64,000 nt of DNA from the human T2T-CHM13v2.0 reference genome, Homo sapiens, in the NCBI RefSeq assembly GCF_009914755.1, contig NC_060937.1. One strand, given 5' to 3'. Below are positions 40,488 to 54,778 of this stretch, one piece after another (the first letter of the stretch is position 1; the number at the start of each line of letters is the position of its first letter). A program made the position numbers and the translations under genes. The notes under the pieces were generated by a model. That model ran no database searches. It had not been told where the DNA came from and saw nothing but the letters and a program-made list of their open reading frames with translations.

Positions 40488-41604
40488 TTAGACAAAAAGC
40501 ACTGGAGAGATGGGCTTAAATTATTCAAATAATGAGAACCTAATTTTTCTTATTGGAAGGGGTGGGGGTGGTAAAGAATGATACAGACTTATATTATTTC
40601 TTTCACAGAAATCAGTCACTAGTGCATGTTAATAAACGATGTTTGTCCAATAGATTAAGAATAGGCCCTGAATAATATGCAAATGCCAATGGCTACTTAG
40701 TACCATAGCCTCTCTTCCATTATATAAGGCAGTTCTACATCTGAAACTTAGCATTTTGAATAAAAAAAGATTAGAAAAATAAGTTCAAAAAACATAAGAA
40801 TTAAAAGAGCAGACAGTTTATTTGGATGATAGTCTTTAATAAAACTGATAATTACTATGAGGTCATTTATTAATGTAAATTATTTAAGCATATTCTTATT
40901 GCACTAGGAAAAGATACAATGCCTTTACAATATTGTGAATATAGCCAAATTTATAAAATGAGCAGAAACCCTGATGTAGTTGAGGAAAGATTATCTCAAT
41001 GCTATAAAATCTTCATTGACTCTGACTTAGCTATTATCTCATTATTCCTTTCCAAAGGAAGAACACTGTCAGGATGACAATACAAACAAACCTATAGTGG
41101 AGTCCAGTTTTTGTCATTTGGAACTAGGAAATGCATGTCTGTATTGAATAGCAACTACCATAGCAAAGACATAAATGCCACTGATTTGGAATAATAAATT
41201 TTAGGACATGGCAGACTCAGATCAGTGTAATAAACTCAAACATTGATTTTACATTTAGAAAACATATATCTAACACTAGACCATAAGAGATACCTGGGAT
41301 TGGTTTCTCTTCCAGCAGAGTCATAGGACTTTGAAAGAGAATCTATAGTACTTATCTTATTTTAGTCTAAAATGAAACTGAAATGCAATTATGACAAATA
41401 GATTCTTATTACTATTGCCAAAGATATGGGTTGACTATCAATGCAATTACTTGTTGTATTAAAAATGATGTTGATAACATTGGTTTGAAAACGTTTTTCC
41501 AAAACTAAAAATATAAAATAAAATAAAGGTTTTTCCAATGTTCTACTCTAATATTTCTTCAAGATCTTTAAACCAGCCTGTTAGCTAGTTTAAATAATGG
41601 TTTA

Positions 41605-42060
41605 ATAATAGCTAAAATAGGTAACACAAAATAAGCTTTTGCAATGTACCAAGCAGTGCCATAAACTCTTGACATATATCATCTCATTTAATCTTTAAAA
41701 CAACCCTATGTGGTAGGTCCCTCATTACTACCCTTATTTGCAAATGAGGAACCCGCAGGGAAGAGATATTAAGCAATGCTTCCCTTGGTCAACTAGTTAG
41801 AAATGCAGATGGGATTTGAACAAGACAGACTATCCCCAGAATTTGCTCTCTTAACTAATAACCTATAGCTATATCATCTATATTGATATGTCTGTAAAAT
41901 AAATGGTGTAAAACTATTACTTAAGCCATGACTTTGGTGAACTGAGGCCCAGAAAGATTAAGTAATATGCTTAGATCAAATAACTGAAACAAAGGCCATC
42001 AATTTTGAACAGAATTTTTAATCCTTAATTCATAACTAGAATACCACTAATCTACCATGG
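41605..42060 (-). mobile_element. Two MIR fragments
   Basis: atctcatttaatctttaaaacaaccctatg...aaatgaggaa; actgaggcccagaaagattaagtaa. Confidence 0.65.
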
Positions 42061-42074
42061 ACACGCATATGCAT

Positions 42075-42292
42075 CTATATCATTCTTCCAAATAGCGGTA
42101 ATGGTTTTGCTTTGATCCACATCCAGACACACTTTCTTGGAGGAGTACTATTTGTGACCAAGAGCACACATTTGTGAGCTAGCTCTCGTTGAGGAGTTAG
42201 CCTATGGCCTGGAAACACAGCAATGCTGAACAGCAGACACAGAACGAACTGCCGCCTTGACCTCGTTAGCCATACCAGCTAAACTAACTGGC
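42075..42292 (-). mobile_element. MamSINE1-like tRNA-derived SINE
   Basis: Minus strand has a tRNA-like head agccagttagtttagctgg...gctaacgaggtcaagg...gttcg, then ctcacaaatgtgtgctcttggtcacaa...ggatcaaagcaaaaccattaccgcta. Confidence 0.65.
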
Positions 42293-45234
42293 TGCAGAGA
42301 AGTGAAAGCATGCTAAAACAGGGAACTAAAAAAAAAAAGTGGAGAAACACAGTACATTGTCTTCTTTTGCTGGGTGATGTTTCTTTCTTGGTTATTAATC
42401 ACAAATTATAATGGAATTCTAATTTCTAACTAGATCCCTAGAGATCAACTCTGGGTCTTAATGAATTGTCACCATTCCACTGATATCAAGAAAAATGGAT
42501 AAAAGTGCACAAAGTCTTATAATATCAGTACTGTCCCAGGAATGAATACTAGCAAAGCTAGCAGCATGATAGCCCACTCCCATGTCACAAGGAGTTACTG
42601 CTAAGCTAAATGCTCCTTCACCTCACACATATTGAAAAACTTTGTGGACAAAACTATACTTCTTTAGTCTGGCTCACATTTAAATCAAGTGCTTTGGAAT
42701 GATGAATAGATTCATTGCTTAGGGTAAGGAGGCAGCTGCTTGGCGCACCATGACTGGAGGGCTGGGGCTTCAACTACTTTTGCCACGAGATGCTTCCCCT
42801 CAGGCATTGTGGATCATTTCTGCACAAGGAGTTGCCTTGGGTGGTAGGCTAATAGGAGCAACACCAGGGTTCCCGTGACAGTGTTCATATAAGTAAGTGA
42901 CTGGAGATAGATTTATTAATAGAAACAATAAGGAGGGAAACAATAAGGAGGTTAGGAAACAGGAGAAAAATTATTCTGGTAATAATGTGGGGTCTCCAAT
43001 CAAGCCCAGGTTAAGGGAGACTTGTCTTTAAATAACAGTGAAAAATCAGGCTTTCTCTATGAGACCAGAGTAAAGCCACCTTTCTATATAGGAATTTAAA
43101 ATGTTTATAGCCCTAGGGAATAAACACAGACCTCTGAATCAAGGACAGGTGTGCAATATAAGACTTGCCTACGTATCACAAAAAAAAAATATAAGAAATT
43201 TACATTAAGCATCCTTCTGAGCAAGAGATGATCCAGCTAAGATGCTGCTTCTGACTGCCGAGAAAATAGAGGCTAAAATTACAGACCAATAAATAATCTT
43301 CACATAATGAAAGGATGGAGAGGACTCTGCTCCAGCTGAATGAGGATGGCCCTTCATGAATTATTAGGAGGGACTAGAGTGTGTGGAAAGGTGGGAGTCC
43401 CATTATGTGTCTTACAGATTCTAGGCATCTTCCTTGGGTCATTTCATTGACTCCTGAAAATAACTCTTAAAAGTGAAAAAAATGAAGGCTCAGAATGACG
43501 AAGCAATTTGTCTGGGATCTCAGGGTTTAGCTAGTAAGTAGTAGAGAGAAGAGTAAACTCAAGTCTGGCTTCTTTTCCTATATCAAACTTTCTTTGGTCC
43601 TTCTTTTGATCTAGGCCAACATTTTAGTATCTTTCCTAGATCGTGTGTCACTGGCTGCTCTGTTTTCATCATCTACTCTCTAGCCCATGGCCCAGACTGA
43701 TTGGGTTATTCTCTTCAGTCAGTTACATCCCAGGGAAGGAAAGACACCATCATAGCTTTCCTGGAGGTGAGCAAGATACAGGAATCAGACCTCTCTTGCC
43801 TATAGTTGTGGTATTTAGCGGTGGAAGACAATAATGAATCTGTTGTCTTGATGGAACACAAAGGTCAGAGACAAGATAAACAGGAATTTTATCTGAGGAA
43901 TTCCGAAGGCAGCAAGCAGAAACTGGGGATGGCCTTACATGAGGTTTTCCCAGGCTGACTTGAATGGACCTTTCAGGTACATCTAAAAGGTCCAAAATGA
44001 AATGGACCCTGGTTTCAATACTGATCCATGCTATTTACAATGGACCGATCAGTTTCTGTGGCAGAAGTAAAACACCAGTAAGAAAGAATTTTCCATCTGT
44101 GTATGGAAACTATACGGTTCCCCTTTGATTATTCAGTCTTTGTTATTTCATATGGTTCCTTAACTCTGCCTATTTCAGTCCCCATTAGCACTTCACAGAT
44201 TTCAAAAACTGCTGGAAGTCAATCATGCCCTCATTGCTGTCTAATACTAGTGACAATGCTCCACAGCTGCTCTTTCCAGATTCAGTGGGAGTGTGAAAAA
44301 TGCCGCTCCACCCACAGCCCCTAAGCCTTTGGCAACTTAATATTTTGAAGTTTAAGCTCTGCTCCCTGAAAGGCTCAATCCCATTATCAGCGGATTCCTT
44401 ACTATATGGCATAACATATATTCCTTACAATACTCCTTACTATATAGCATAACATACTATACTAACATATAGTGTGTTTTGTTATTCTGGCTGAAGTCAT
44501 TTCAATCTACATGAGCTATGGTTGGAACAATCCAATGCTCTCAATTGCACTATTTGCATATTGCCCCCTTATACATAGGCTTCAGGATTATATTTAAGGC
44601 TCTGAGCTAGACTGGGAGGAAAACAAGGAAATCTAATAAATGGTTTCTGCCCTGAAGGCCTCTGATCATCTAGTTGAATAAACAGGCAAACTTTAAACCA
44701 AAAGAGCGGGAGTTCTGAGAATGTTGTTCAAATGCCAATCCTAGGTACACAACATTGATTGTTTTCTCTTTGTCCCCCATTAAATGTTAGAAGGTGGCAC
44801 TGGATAAATGACTGTAAAAATTTTATATAATAATGGAATTATTTTGTTGGTGAATTCTTACTGGAATCTCAGTATTTAATTTTACAAGATGGGTTTTGAT
44901 AATAACAGTAATGATGAAGAAATAGTTGAAAGATTGCTGTTTTAATAAGTATTGGGGATGAGACTCAGAGCCTTATTTACTTGACATCCTCCAAAAACCA
45001 CTGCACTTCACCTTATCCTACCATGATGTCTCCCAAGGAAGCTCCAAAGGACACAGTGTAGGATCCACTTAGTCTGATCATGCGTTTATTTCCTTCTAGC
45101 TCCTATCCACAGCTTCTTAAGCAGCTAACCAAGATAAATTATGAGAGAAGACCATCAGAGATAATATAAGACGATACATTTTTACAAGAATAATACAGAA
45201 AATAAGAACTGTGAGTTCAGAGAGCAAGCAATCA

Positions 45235-45683
<449 letters not shown>

Positions 45684-45689
45684 GACACA

Positions 45690-45935
45690 CTTAAGGAATG
45701 ATAATAGTGCCTTAAATTATTGGAAACTCCCGACTGCCAGGGATGATGTGGAGTTTTGACATAACCACAATCCTCACAGCCATCCAGTGAGATAGGTACG
45801 ATTAACCCAAGATAGGAGAACTGAGGCTCAGGAAGCTGAATAGAAACCTCTCCAAAGTCACACAACTCTAGGAATTAGTGGTTTCTCAATTGGCTCTGCC
45901 TGACTTGAGTTCACACTGTAAATCACTCTGCTGTC
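45690..45935 (-). mobile_element. MIR
   Basis: aatcctcacagcc...gagaactgaggctcagg...ccaaagtcacacaac. Confidence 0.65.
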
Positions 45936-46344
45936 ACACCGGGTGTGCATATGGGATTAGACAAAAATAAAGCTATGAAGACCGGTTGGGGTCAGAGTGC
46001 AGAAGAACATGATTTCCTGGGTATGGAGTTGTTTGCTGTTTATCCTCTAGATAAGGAAGAGACATCAAAGTTTTGTGGACAGTGAAATAGCATGCTCAAA
46101 TTGTATTTTAAGATGATTTTGTTCTAGTTTTATTGGACTTGTTTTGATAGGATGCATGCACTAAAATCAGGAGTGTTGTTAATTGTACTGTGTTGTTTTA
46201 CTAAAATCTAGTTTACAATGACATTATCTGTCATAGATTACCAAGCACACAGTGATTGCATTGGAAGGACAAGATCAAAATTTTCTACATTGTTAGCTTT
46301 TATTTCTCTTTTAGAGAAAGTTCTTTTCTGTATATAACACATTA

Positions 46345-47000
46345 ATTTAATTTTATTTATTTTTTATAACTTCAACTTTCATTTTAGATTCAAGAGGTAC
46401 ACATATAGGTTTGTGTAATAGTTACTTTACACTGCTAATAAAGACATACCTGAGACTGGGTAATTTATCAAGAAAAAGAGATTTAATGGACTCACAGTTC
46501 CTCATGGCTGGGGAGGCCTCACAATCATGGTGGGAGGCAAAGGAGAAGCAAAGGCATGTCTTATACAGCGACAGGCAAGACAGAATGAGAACCAAGGGAA
46601 AGGGGAAATATAGAACCATCAGATCTCGTGAGACTTATTCACTACCATGAGGACAGTATGGGGGAAACCACCCCATGATTCAATTATCTCCCACCAGGTC
46701 CCTCCCACAACACGTGGGAATTATGGGAGCTATAATTCACGATGAAATTTGGGTGCATATTGTGTGCTGTTGAGGTTTGGGGTACAATTTATCCTGTCAT
46801 CCAGATACTGAGCATAGTACCCAATAATTATTCAACCTTTCTCCCTGCACCCGCCTAATACTCCCCAGCATCTACTGTTGCCATCCTTATGTCCATGAGT
46901 ACCCAGTGTTTAGCTTCCACTTATAAATGAGAACATGTGGTATTTGGTTTTCTGTTCCTGCATTAATTTGCTTAGGATAATGAACTTCAGCTCTATCCAA
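46345..47000 (-). mobile_element. Old L1PA 3' end interrupted by THE1 LTR
   Basis: ttttagattcaagaggtacacat...gtttg | catattgtgtgctgttgaggtttgggg...agtacccaata...gagaacatgtggtatttggttttctgttcctg. Confidence 0.85.
46414..46755 (-). mobile_element. THE1 (MaLR) solo LTR, 5' end clipped
   Basis: ctgctaataaagacatacctgagactgggtaattta...ggggaggcctcacaatcatgg...cagatctcgtgagacttattcactaccatgag...cccacaacacgtgggaattatgggagcta. Confidence 0.92.
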
Positions 47001-47554
47001 TGCTTGAAAGCTTTAAAGTTAAGTTACCATTGGAATATATTGAGCTAGAATTGTTCATGTGTCCTATATTTTCCGTCAATCAATGGCCGCATTTGCTATT
47101 TGTTTCCTAAGTCAAAATGATCATTGAAATGAGCCAATTCTGCTCTTTAAAACTTTAACATATTCTAGCTAGATGAAAAACTTTATAAAAGTTTGTGCTT
47201 ATTGTTTTTATATCCTATAATTATAGAGAAATAGCTAGAAATTATAGTTTATTTAAACATTACCATATTTAAACAATAATAGGGAGGTAAGTAAAACAGA
47301 AAGTCCTAAGAATCTATGGCAGACTTTTTGCTGTCGAATTTTAAAGAAATGCCAAACACATAAAACCAGATAACCACTGAAATGTGTACATACCAGTTTC
47401 CCAGACTTCAATGATACATATAATGTTTTTAGACAGCCTTTGTGTACAGTTGTTTGGAATCATTTTGTCACTTTTAACAAATATCATGTTCAAAAATTGT
47501 CAGTTTCATAATAGCTGATTCTGACTAAGCTTATGCTATGATCCAGATATCATT

Positions 47555-47700
47555 AATTCATTCATTCATTTGACAAATATTTGTTGAAAATTTAATAGAT
47601 GCTAAGACACTGTTAGCAGTATTCTAAATGCTGGGTAAATAGTACTGAATAAGACACATAAATACCTTGGCATCATGGGGCTTTCATCTAGTAAGGGACC
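47555..47700 (-). mobile_element. L2 3' end
   Basis: ttcattcattcatttgacaaatatttgttga...gaataagacac...tcatggggctttcatctagt. Confidence 0.7.
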
Positions 47701-50129
47701 CTGGCAGGTATGTGTCTCATCCAGAGCATTTTCAAGATATGAAGTCAGTATTACATGTTTTATGCTGATGGGAATGATAGAAGAAACTATGATGAGGGGC
47801 AGCAATTGTAGGTATTGATGTCTTGATTAGATAAGAAAGGAGGAAATTAGAGCATACATGCATTTATCTGGCTCTAAAATTTTCATTCTTTACATGCCAT
47901 TATAGCAATATTTTTTTAAAAAGATTTAAGCGTTTGGGACTTTAGGAAATATACATATATATTTTATATTTTTAAATATATATATTTTTCTATATATATA
48001 TATATGTAAACTTCCAAGGAAAATGAATACAGAATGGTTTAGCATCTAGCTCAAGAGGGATGCCATTCAGCATGCATGAAAAAGAGAACAAGCATATGTT
48101 AAAATTTGAGATACATCATGACGAGGGTCCAAGTGGGACTATGTGAATGGAAAGATGGAGTTGAAAGAAAGCAGAGAGACACAGACATGAAAGGAGAGAG
48201 AAGCAGATGGCTAAATATCCCTAAGGTGGAGAAGTTATTTACCAAAGTGAGTCATTTAACAAAGGTCCATTCATTTACAAAGGACCACAATGATGTGTTT
48301 TAATTTTTTAAGTTGTCCTTTCAAAGCATTTTGAGCTTTCACCACCTCAAAAGGCACGTTAGTAAATTAAGCATAAATGTTATAGATGCAAGTATAGTCA
48401 TTTTAAACACAAAGTTGTAGAATGGATGATTCTATGATTTACGCATTTGACATTTCTATATAACATTCATTGATAGAACATACTCATTTGAGTTGATACA
48501 TAATCACATGATATTTGCTTGTTAGAAATAATCAAAATTCTATTATTATGTTTACACTAACTAGAGGTGAAGATTTAAGAAAATTCTTCATTTTCCAGGA
48601 AATAAAGGCAGTACCGATCTGGATCCCTTGATACCAGAAAAGCTTTTTGCAAGATTAAATGGGATTACCATCAATAGGCCCTCAGGGTGTTTGGATTTGA
48701 ATTAAAATATGGAAACCTTATTAACAAAATTTACATTCCTCCCTTAACCTTAATCTAATTTTACTGGTATCTTGGCCTCTAATATACAGCAATTCTGCAG
48801 AAAGGTGCATGGCTTATAACCCATTTTTGTCATCCTAATCAGAAGTCACTGATCATTCCAGAGGAAAATAGATGCATGAATTTTAAACTGGTCATCACGT
48901 TCACGTTTTTTAAAAAATGTATTACAAACCAATATTTTATTCATGAAAACATTAAATATTATATTACTAGCAAAACATTTTCTGGTGCCTTGAAATTTAT
49001 TCTAGAAGGAAGAGTTTTCTTTTACTTCTCACCTAAGTGCTGTTCTTCAGCTGACTATGCTCCATATTCCCCAAGACCACTGACAGTGGCTTCATTCTCT
49101 AACAGGAACAATTTACCTGGACCCTCTGCAGACAAGGCCTTCACCCCCAAGGAATTGCATTAATAGTGATAATTTCATGCACTGACACTGGCAACGGGCT
49201 TTATGGAGAAGACAAAGGGGCCTTGGAATTTCACCTTCTCTTACGGGGAATTACTTCTACTGTCATTTGTAGGAGCCAGGACAGAAAGGGTGGGGCCCCA
49301 AGGTGAAATATGGAAATAAATTGCTTTGAGACATTCTCAATGATCCATGTTTCAACAGTCACGGAAATAGCCACTTATAAATAGTCACTCATATTTAAAT
49401 GGCCAAGCAAATGAAATAATTGAAGCTGGAGAGGGAGGCCACATTATTGAGTCCAATATGCTTATCCTCATAATTTAAGTACTGCAGAACAATATACTGA
49501 CAGTTATGTCTCAAAATCAATGAAAATATATTCATTTTACAACAAAATTGCCATAGATTCTAATTCAGAATTCCAATTCAGAAAACATTCATACAGAATA
49601 TCTTCTAAGTTTCAAAAATGTATCCATCCAGAATTTTCTACATGACTATCCTAGCCAAGCTTTTATAAAGCTAAGAAAAATTAGATAGAAGACAATATCC
49701 TCAGCTTGTTTGTTCTCTAGAAAAGAGGATAGTTTTGTGTATTCTACTCTTAATTTATGGTAGAGACAGACAATTCACCAAGTTTTTTTTTAAGTATATG
49801 AAACTGGAGGTGTATATGTGCACTAAGATATCTTAGATATATTCTCCCAAAGCATGAGTGCCATGTGACCATATCCTTTGGAGGTGACATCTTATAATGC
49901 CTGGTTCTCAACAGAGAATTTGGAAGAGCAGTTTTTGTGATTATATTAAGAGTTACAATTATCAAAATGAAAAAGTCTAAGAATTGGGAGGGTGGGGATG
50001 GGGGATCCTGCCAACTTCGGTTTTGCTACAGATAAGCTTTGTCTACAGCTAACTCAGAGAGAGAATATGAGGTCAAAGGAAAATTCGTTCTGAAAAATTG
50101 AAAAAGCAACTCCAGCTTATTGTGATGTT

Positions 50130-50444
50130 ACAGAATAGTGCTAAGAGACATATAATACAAGTCATAAATTGAGTCACACATCGTTTTACATATTCTAAGT
50201 CACTTTTTAAAAAGTAAAAAACAGATAAAACTAACTTTCATAAAATCTATAACCCAATGTATTCAGAATATCATTTTAACATATAATTCATATAAAAATG
50301 AATGAGATATTTACATTATTTTCCCATACTAAGTCTTCAAAATACATTGTATTTACACATACACCACAGCTCCATTTGGGCTAACCATCTTTCAAGTGTT
50401 CAATACCCCACGTGTGGCCAGTGGCTACCAACATAGATAGCACA
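50130..50444. mobile_element. MER33-like hAT-Charlie
   Basis: ttttaaaaagtaaaaa...aatgagatatttacatt...tttcaagtgttcaataccccacgtgtggccagtggctacc...gatagcacag. Confidence 0.8.
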
Positions 50445-51467
50445 GTTTTATAGTATAAACACACAAATAATTTCTCTTTCTTTTGTTCTGAGTTCCTGCC
50501 TTCTTTCCTCCCTCCCTCTTCTCCTATCTCCCTTCCTTTCTCTATTTTATCCCTTTCTTCTTTCCTTCCTGTCTTCTTCTCTTCATCTTCCTTCCTCCTA
50601 GTCATTCTTTCTCTCTCTCTCTCTCTGTCTCCTTCTGTCTATGAGTGCTCTATATGCTAAGGATACAATAGTAATAACTACAGGCCTGGACTCGAAATCA
50701 TGAAAATGATTTTTTTTATAAAAAACGCTACAGATACCATTTAAAGACACATGAAATCATACTCACTAGTTAAAAATCCAGCCACAAATATGGCTACAAG
50801 AGAAAGTGTGCAGCATGAACAATTACACAATTCACAGTATACATGGTCCAGCATTGCTAAGATAACTCAAACCAATTGCTCTAGAGAACTATCCTCTTCT
50901 GTCTTTATAAATCTGAACTATTATACCAAGGTAAAATATGAATACAAAATGGTGGCCTACTCTATAAAGGGTGTCTGTGGTGCTTTTTTCAGATTTACTG
51001 GAAGAATTAAGACTCTGCTCTACAACACACTAGAAACCAGAGTCTATCAGTACTATCTGAAACCCTTATGCAATATCTGTGATAAAAACTGATCTTTATG
51101 AAAAGACTTGGATCCTGAAAAATTTAAGAAAAATTGAACTGGTAGTATTGTTTTACTATTCCATGCTTTTTCTGCAATTCAAATTATCTAACAGGTGGTC
51201 AACCTTCTTATTATATGTCCAAAACAATAAGCCTCTTACTGTCTAACCCCGAAAGACTACAGTGGTATCATGGAGCCAGAACTAAACTTTGTGAACATAA
51301 AATGATGAAAATCCATTAAAAATGTAATGCAAAAAATAAACTATAAAACAAAAGTGTTATAACTCCATTCAAAAAATAAATGCACTATATTTTTGAAAAT
51401 CAGTAAGTAAATATATTAGAGCAAATTTTATTTACCACACAAAATATGAAGAACTCAACAATAAAAT

Positions 51468-51620
51468 AAGAAATGATAAATTCTTGGGGTGACAGATGCC
51501 CCATTTACCCTAAAGTGTCTATTAAACATTGTATGCCTGTATCAAAATATCTCATATATCCCATAAATGTATGCATCTATTATGTACCCATACAAAATAA
51601 AAATTTTAAAAAATTTAAAA
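51468..51620 (+). mobile_element. L1MA 3' end
   Basis: gacagatgccccatttaccct...cattgtatgcctgtatcaaaatatctcat...tatgtacccat + A-rich tail. Confidence 0.8.
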
Positions 51621-51717
51621 CAGAACATTTATCAAGATTTTCAAAAATAATGATAGCAATTTTAAGCGCATTGGATGTCTTCAAACCAATATTCAGGTTC
51701 TTTAAAAACTGAAGCTT

Positions 51718-52012
51718 GGCTGGGTGCAGTTGTTCACACTTGTAATTCCAGCACTTTGGGAGGCTGAGGTGCTTAAGGCCAGGAGTTCAAGGCAAGCATG
51801 GGTAACATGGCAATATCTCTACATTTTTTTCTTTTAGTTAGTTAGTAGGGAGCGGTGGCACATGCCTGTGGTCATAGCTATGCCAGAGACTGAGGCAGGA
51901 GGATATTTGAGCCCAGGAGTTCCAGGCTACAGTGAGCTATGATCATGCCACTTTACTCCAGCCTAGGTGACAAAGCAAGACCCTGCCTCTTAAAAAAAAA
52001 AAAAAGAAAGAA
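51718..52012 (+). mobile_element. AluJo-like
   Basis: gaggatatttgagcccaggagttccaggctacagtgagctatgatc; T-rich linker. Confidence 0.9.
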
Positions 52013-53443
52013 ACTCATCTCTTATGTGACATAAAGGGAAAGATTCATATACATTTAACTATAAAAAGTATTAGAAATATTTACTTATGCTACAGAATAT
52101 CATTTTTAAATAGAATGTTAACATTTCTAAACAAACTACATTAACATGTACTTCTCTAATCAGGTAACCAAGGCTGAATATGCAAGTCCTCAAAATGGGG
52201 AGCTACCTTAGGATCAGGACTAGACTCTCCTTTAATAAGAAAAGGTCTCAGATAGATCGTCTCAATCACTCCTAAAAATAAAAATTTAGGATTTTAATAG
52301 ATCCTAAGGCTCACAAAGTGTGGCCGTCCTCCCCGATCCCAAGCACACACAATAGACCATGAATTACTCTACCTTGACTTTAGTCTCATCCAAAGGCGAA
52401 AGGGACAAAAGAAAAGAATTGCAGGCATTATATTTAAAATATATATATATATTGATATTATGTACCATTATGTTCACTAGAAGACAACAACTAAAATATC
52501 AATACTTCCCAAAGGCAAAATGAAATGGCTAAAGATGTATTTATTGATTTCTAAAGAAATATTACTAAGACACTGGAATAATAACTCACCACCATTGTCA
52601 TTGAAAAGGTCTTGGCTCTTTCCAAAGCTGGGGACAGATATCCAGAATATATGATGGTGTTCAAATGTTGTGTTGTGGAACATACTTGAATTGAGGACAG
52701 AGAGATTTAACCTGAACCCAATCTATTCTTTATATTTTATCTTATTGTTGTTCTCTATTTCTTTTAAAACATTGAAAATTGTAATTAATTACTTTGAAAT
52801 CCAGTGTGAAGCCGCAATCACTATCCATCAACTTGTGTTGACATAATGCATTTATACATTGAAACCTTTCTAAAAATACATGCAGGATGGGTATAGAGAA
52901 ACTTGTATACGCAGGAAAATTGCCACGCACTCTATGGGGAACTGGAATTTTTTTTCTCAAATAAAAGGAATACATGTAATGACATATTTTTTTCTTTTTG
53001 GTTGACAATTGTCTCCCTTTTCTGTAGATCCTAATGGTCAAATAATGGATCTTGCCAACCATTATGAACTTCGCCCCAGCTGGGGACCCATAACTTTTAT
53101 TGTGGTCCATTATCTGGCCATTAGAGGCCACAAGTGTCTTCAACACAATTGTGTAACATTTTGCTGAGGAAAAGGTGTGGAAACTGTGGAGGCAGCAGGT
53201 TTTCTAGTATCTAAACCCATGGAAACTCCAAAACCTCCTATATTGAGACCATTCATTTTCCTTATGCTGAAATTTTTACAGTGTATGCCTCTTAAATAAA
53301 GTTTGCTTATCCAGCCTTATTGGGAAACCAAATATTCAACTCAGAACTGGCATGAAACCATTCCCCTTTTCCTTTTTTGGAGCAATTCTGATGCTAAGTG
53401 GATTTGTTATATCTATTTAGCTTTTAAGCTCTAATTAGCTTAG

Positions 53444-53780
<337 letters not shown>

Positions 53781-53794
53781 TTGTTTGTTTCCTG

Positions 53795-54778
53795 TTTTTT
53801 AAGCTTTATTGAGGTACAACTGACATACAAAAAAATTGCACACATTTAATTTATTCATCTTGATGAGTTTGGACATATGCATACGCACCCATGAAATCAT
53901 CACTACAAAGATGGTACTAAGCATATCCGTCACCTCCAAAAATTTTGTGTTCTTTTGTGAGTTTGTCTGATTTTTAGTTGTTTTTGCAAAATCACTTAAC
54001 ATGACATCTATCCTCTTAGCATATTTTAAAGTGCACAATGCCATATTATTAACTGTAGGTATTATGTGTACAGCATATCTCTAGGACTTATTAGAGAAGA
54101 GAAACTTTACTACCATTGAGGAACAATTCCCCATATCCCTTGCCCTCATCCCCTGGTGATTATCATTCTATTCTCTGTATCTATAAGTTTGACTATTTTA
54201 GGTACCTCATGTAAGTAGAATGTTTCTGTTTTTGTCCTTCTGTGACTGTCTTTTTTCACTTACCATTAATGTCCTCTAGTCATAACCATATTATTGCAAA
54301 TAGCAAGACTTTTTTTCTTTTCAAAGACTAAATAATATTCCATTGTATGTACATACCACATTTTTATTCATCTGTTGATGGACAGTTGTGTTGTTCCCAT
54401 ATCTTGGCTACTGTGAACAATGCTGCAATTAACAAGGGATAGAAACACCTTTTTGAGATCCTGATTTCAATTATTTTGTATCTATACCCACAAGTGGGAT
54501 TGCTGAATCATATGGTATTTTTTAATTTGGAGAGAAACATCAAACTTTTCTGTGGAGGCTACACCATTCTACATTCCCACCAACAGTGTTTAAGGGTGCC
54601 AGTTTCTCTACATCCTTGCTAACATTTATCTTTGGTTTGATTTGTTTCTTTGCTAGTTTGTTTTTTATAGTAGCCATCCTAGCCAATGTAGTTTTAATTC
54701 ACATTTCTCTGAAGTGATGTTGAGCACCTTTTCATATACCTCTTGGCCATTTGTATATCTTCTTTGGAGAAATGCCTG
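53795..54778 (-). mobile_element. L1MA9/L1MB-like 3' region
   Basis: gctttattgaggtacaactgacatacaaaaaattgcac...cattcccaccaacagtg...tctttggagaaatg. Confidence 0.88.

Noticed and set aside
42230-42292. Possible tRNA gene
   Set aside because: Too degenerate to fold a cloverleaf; it is a SINE head.
52742-53146. 134-aa minus-strand ORF
   Set aside because: Non-ATG start and no homology recognised; NGQIMD appears on both strands only because of the DNA palindrome.
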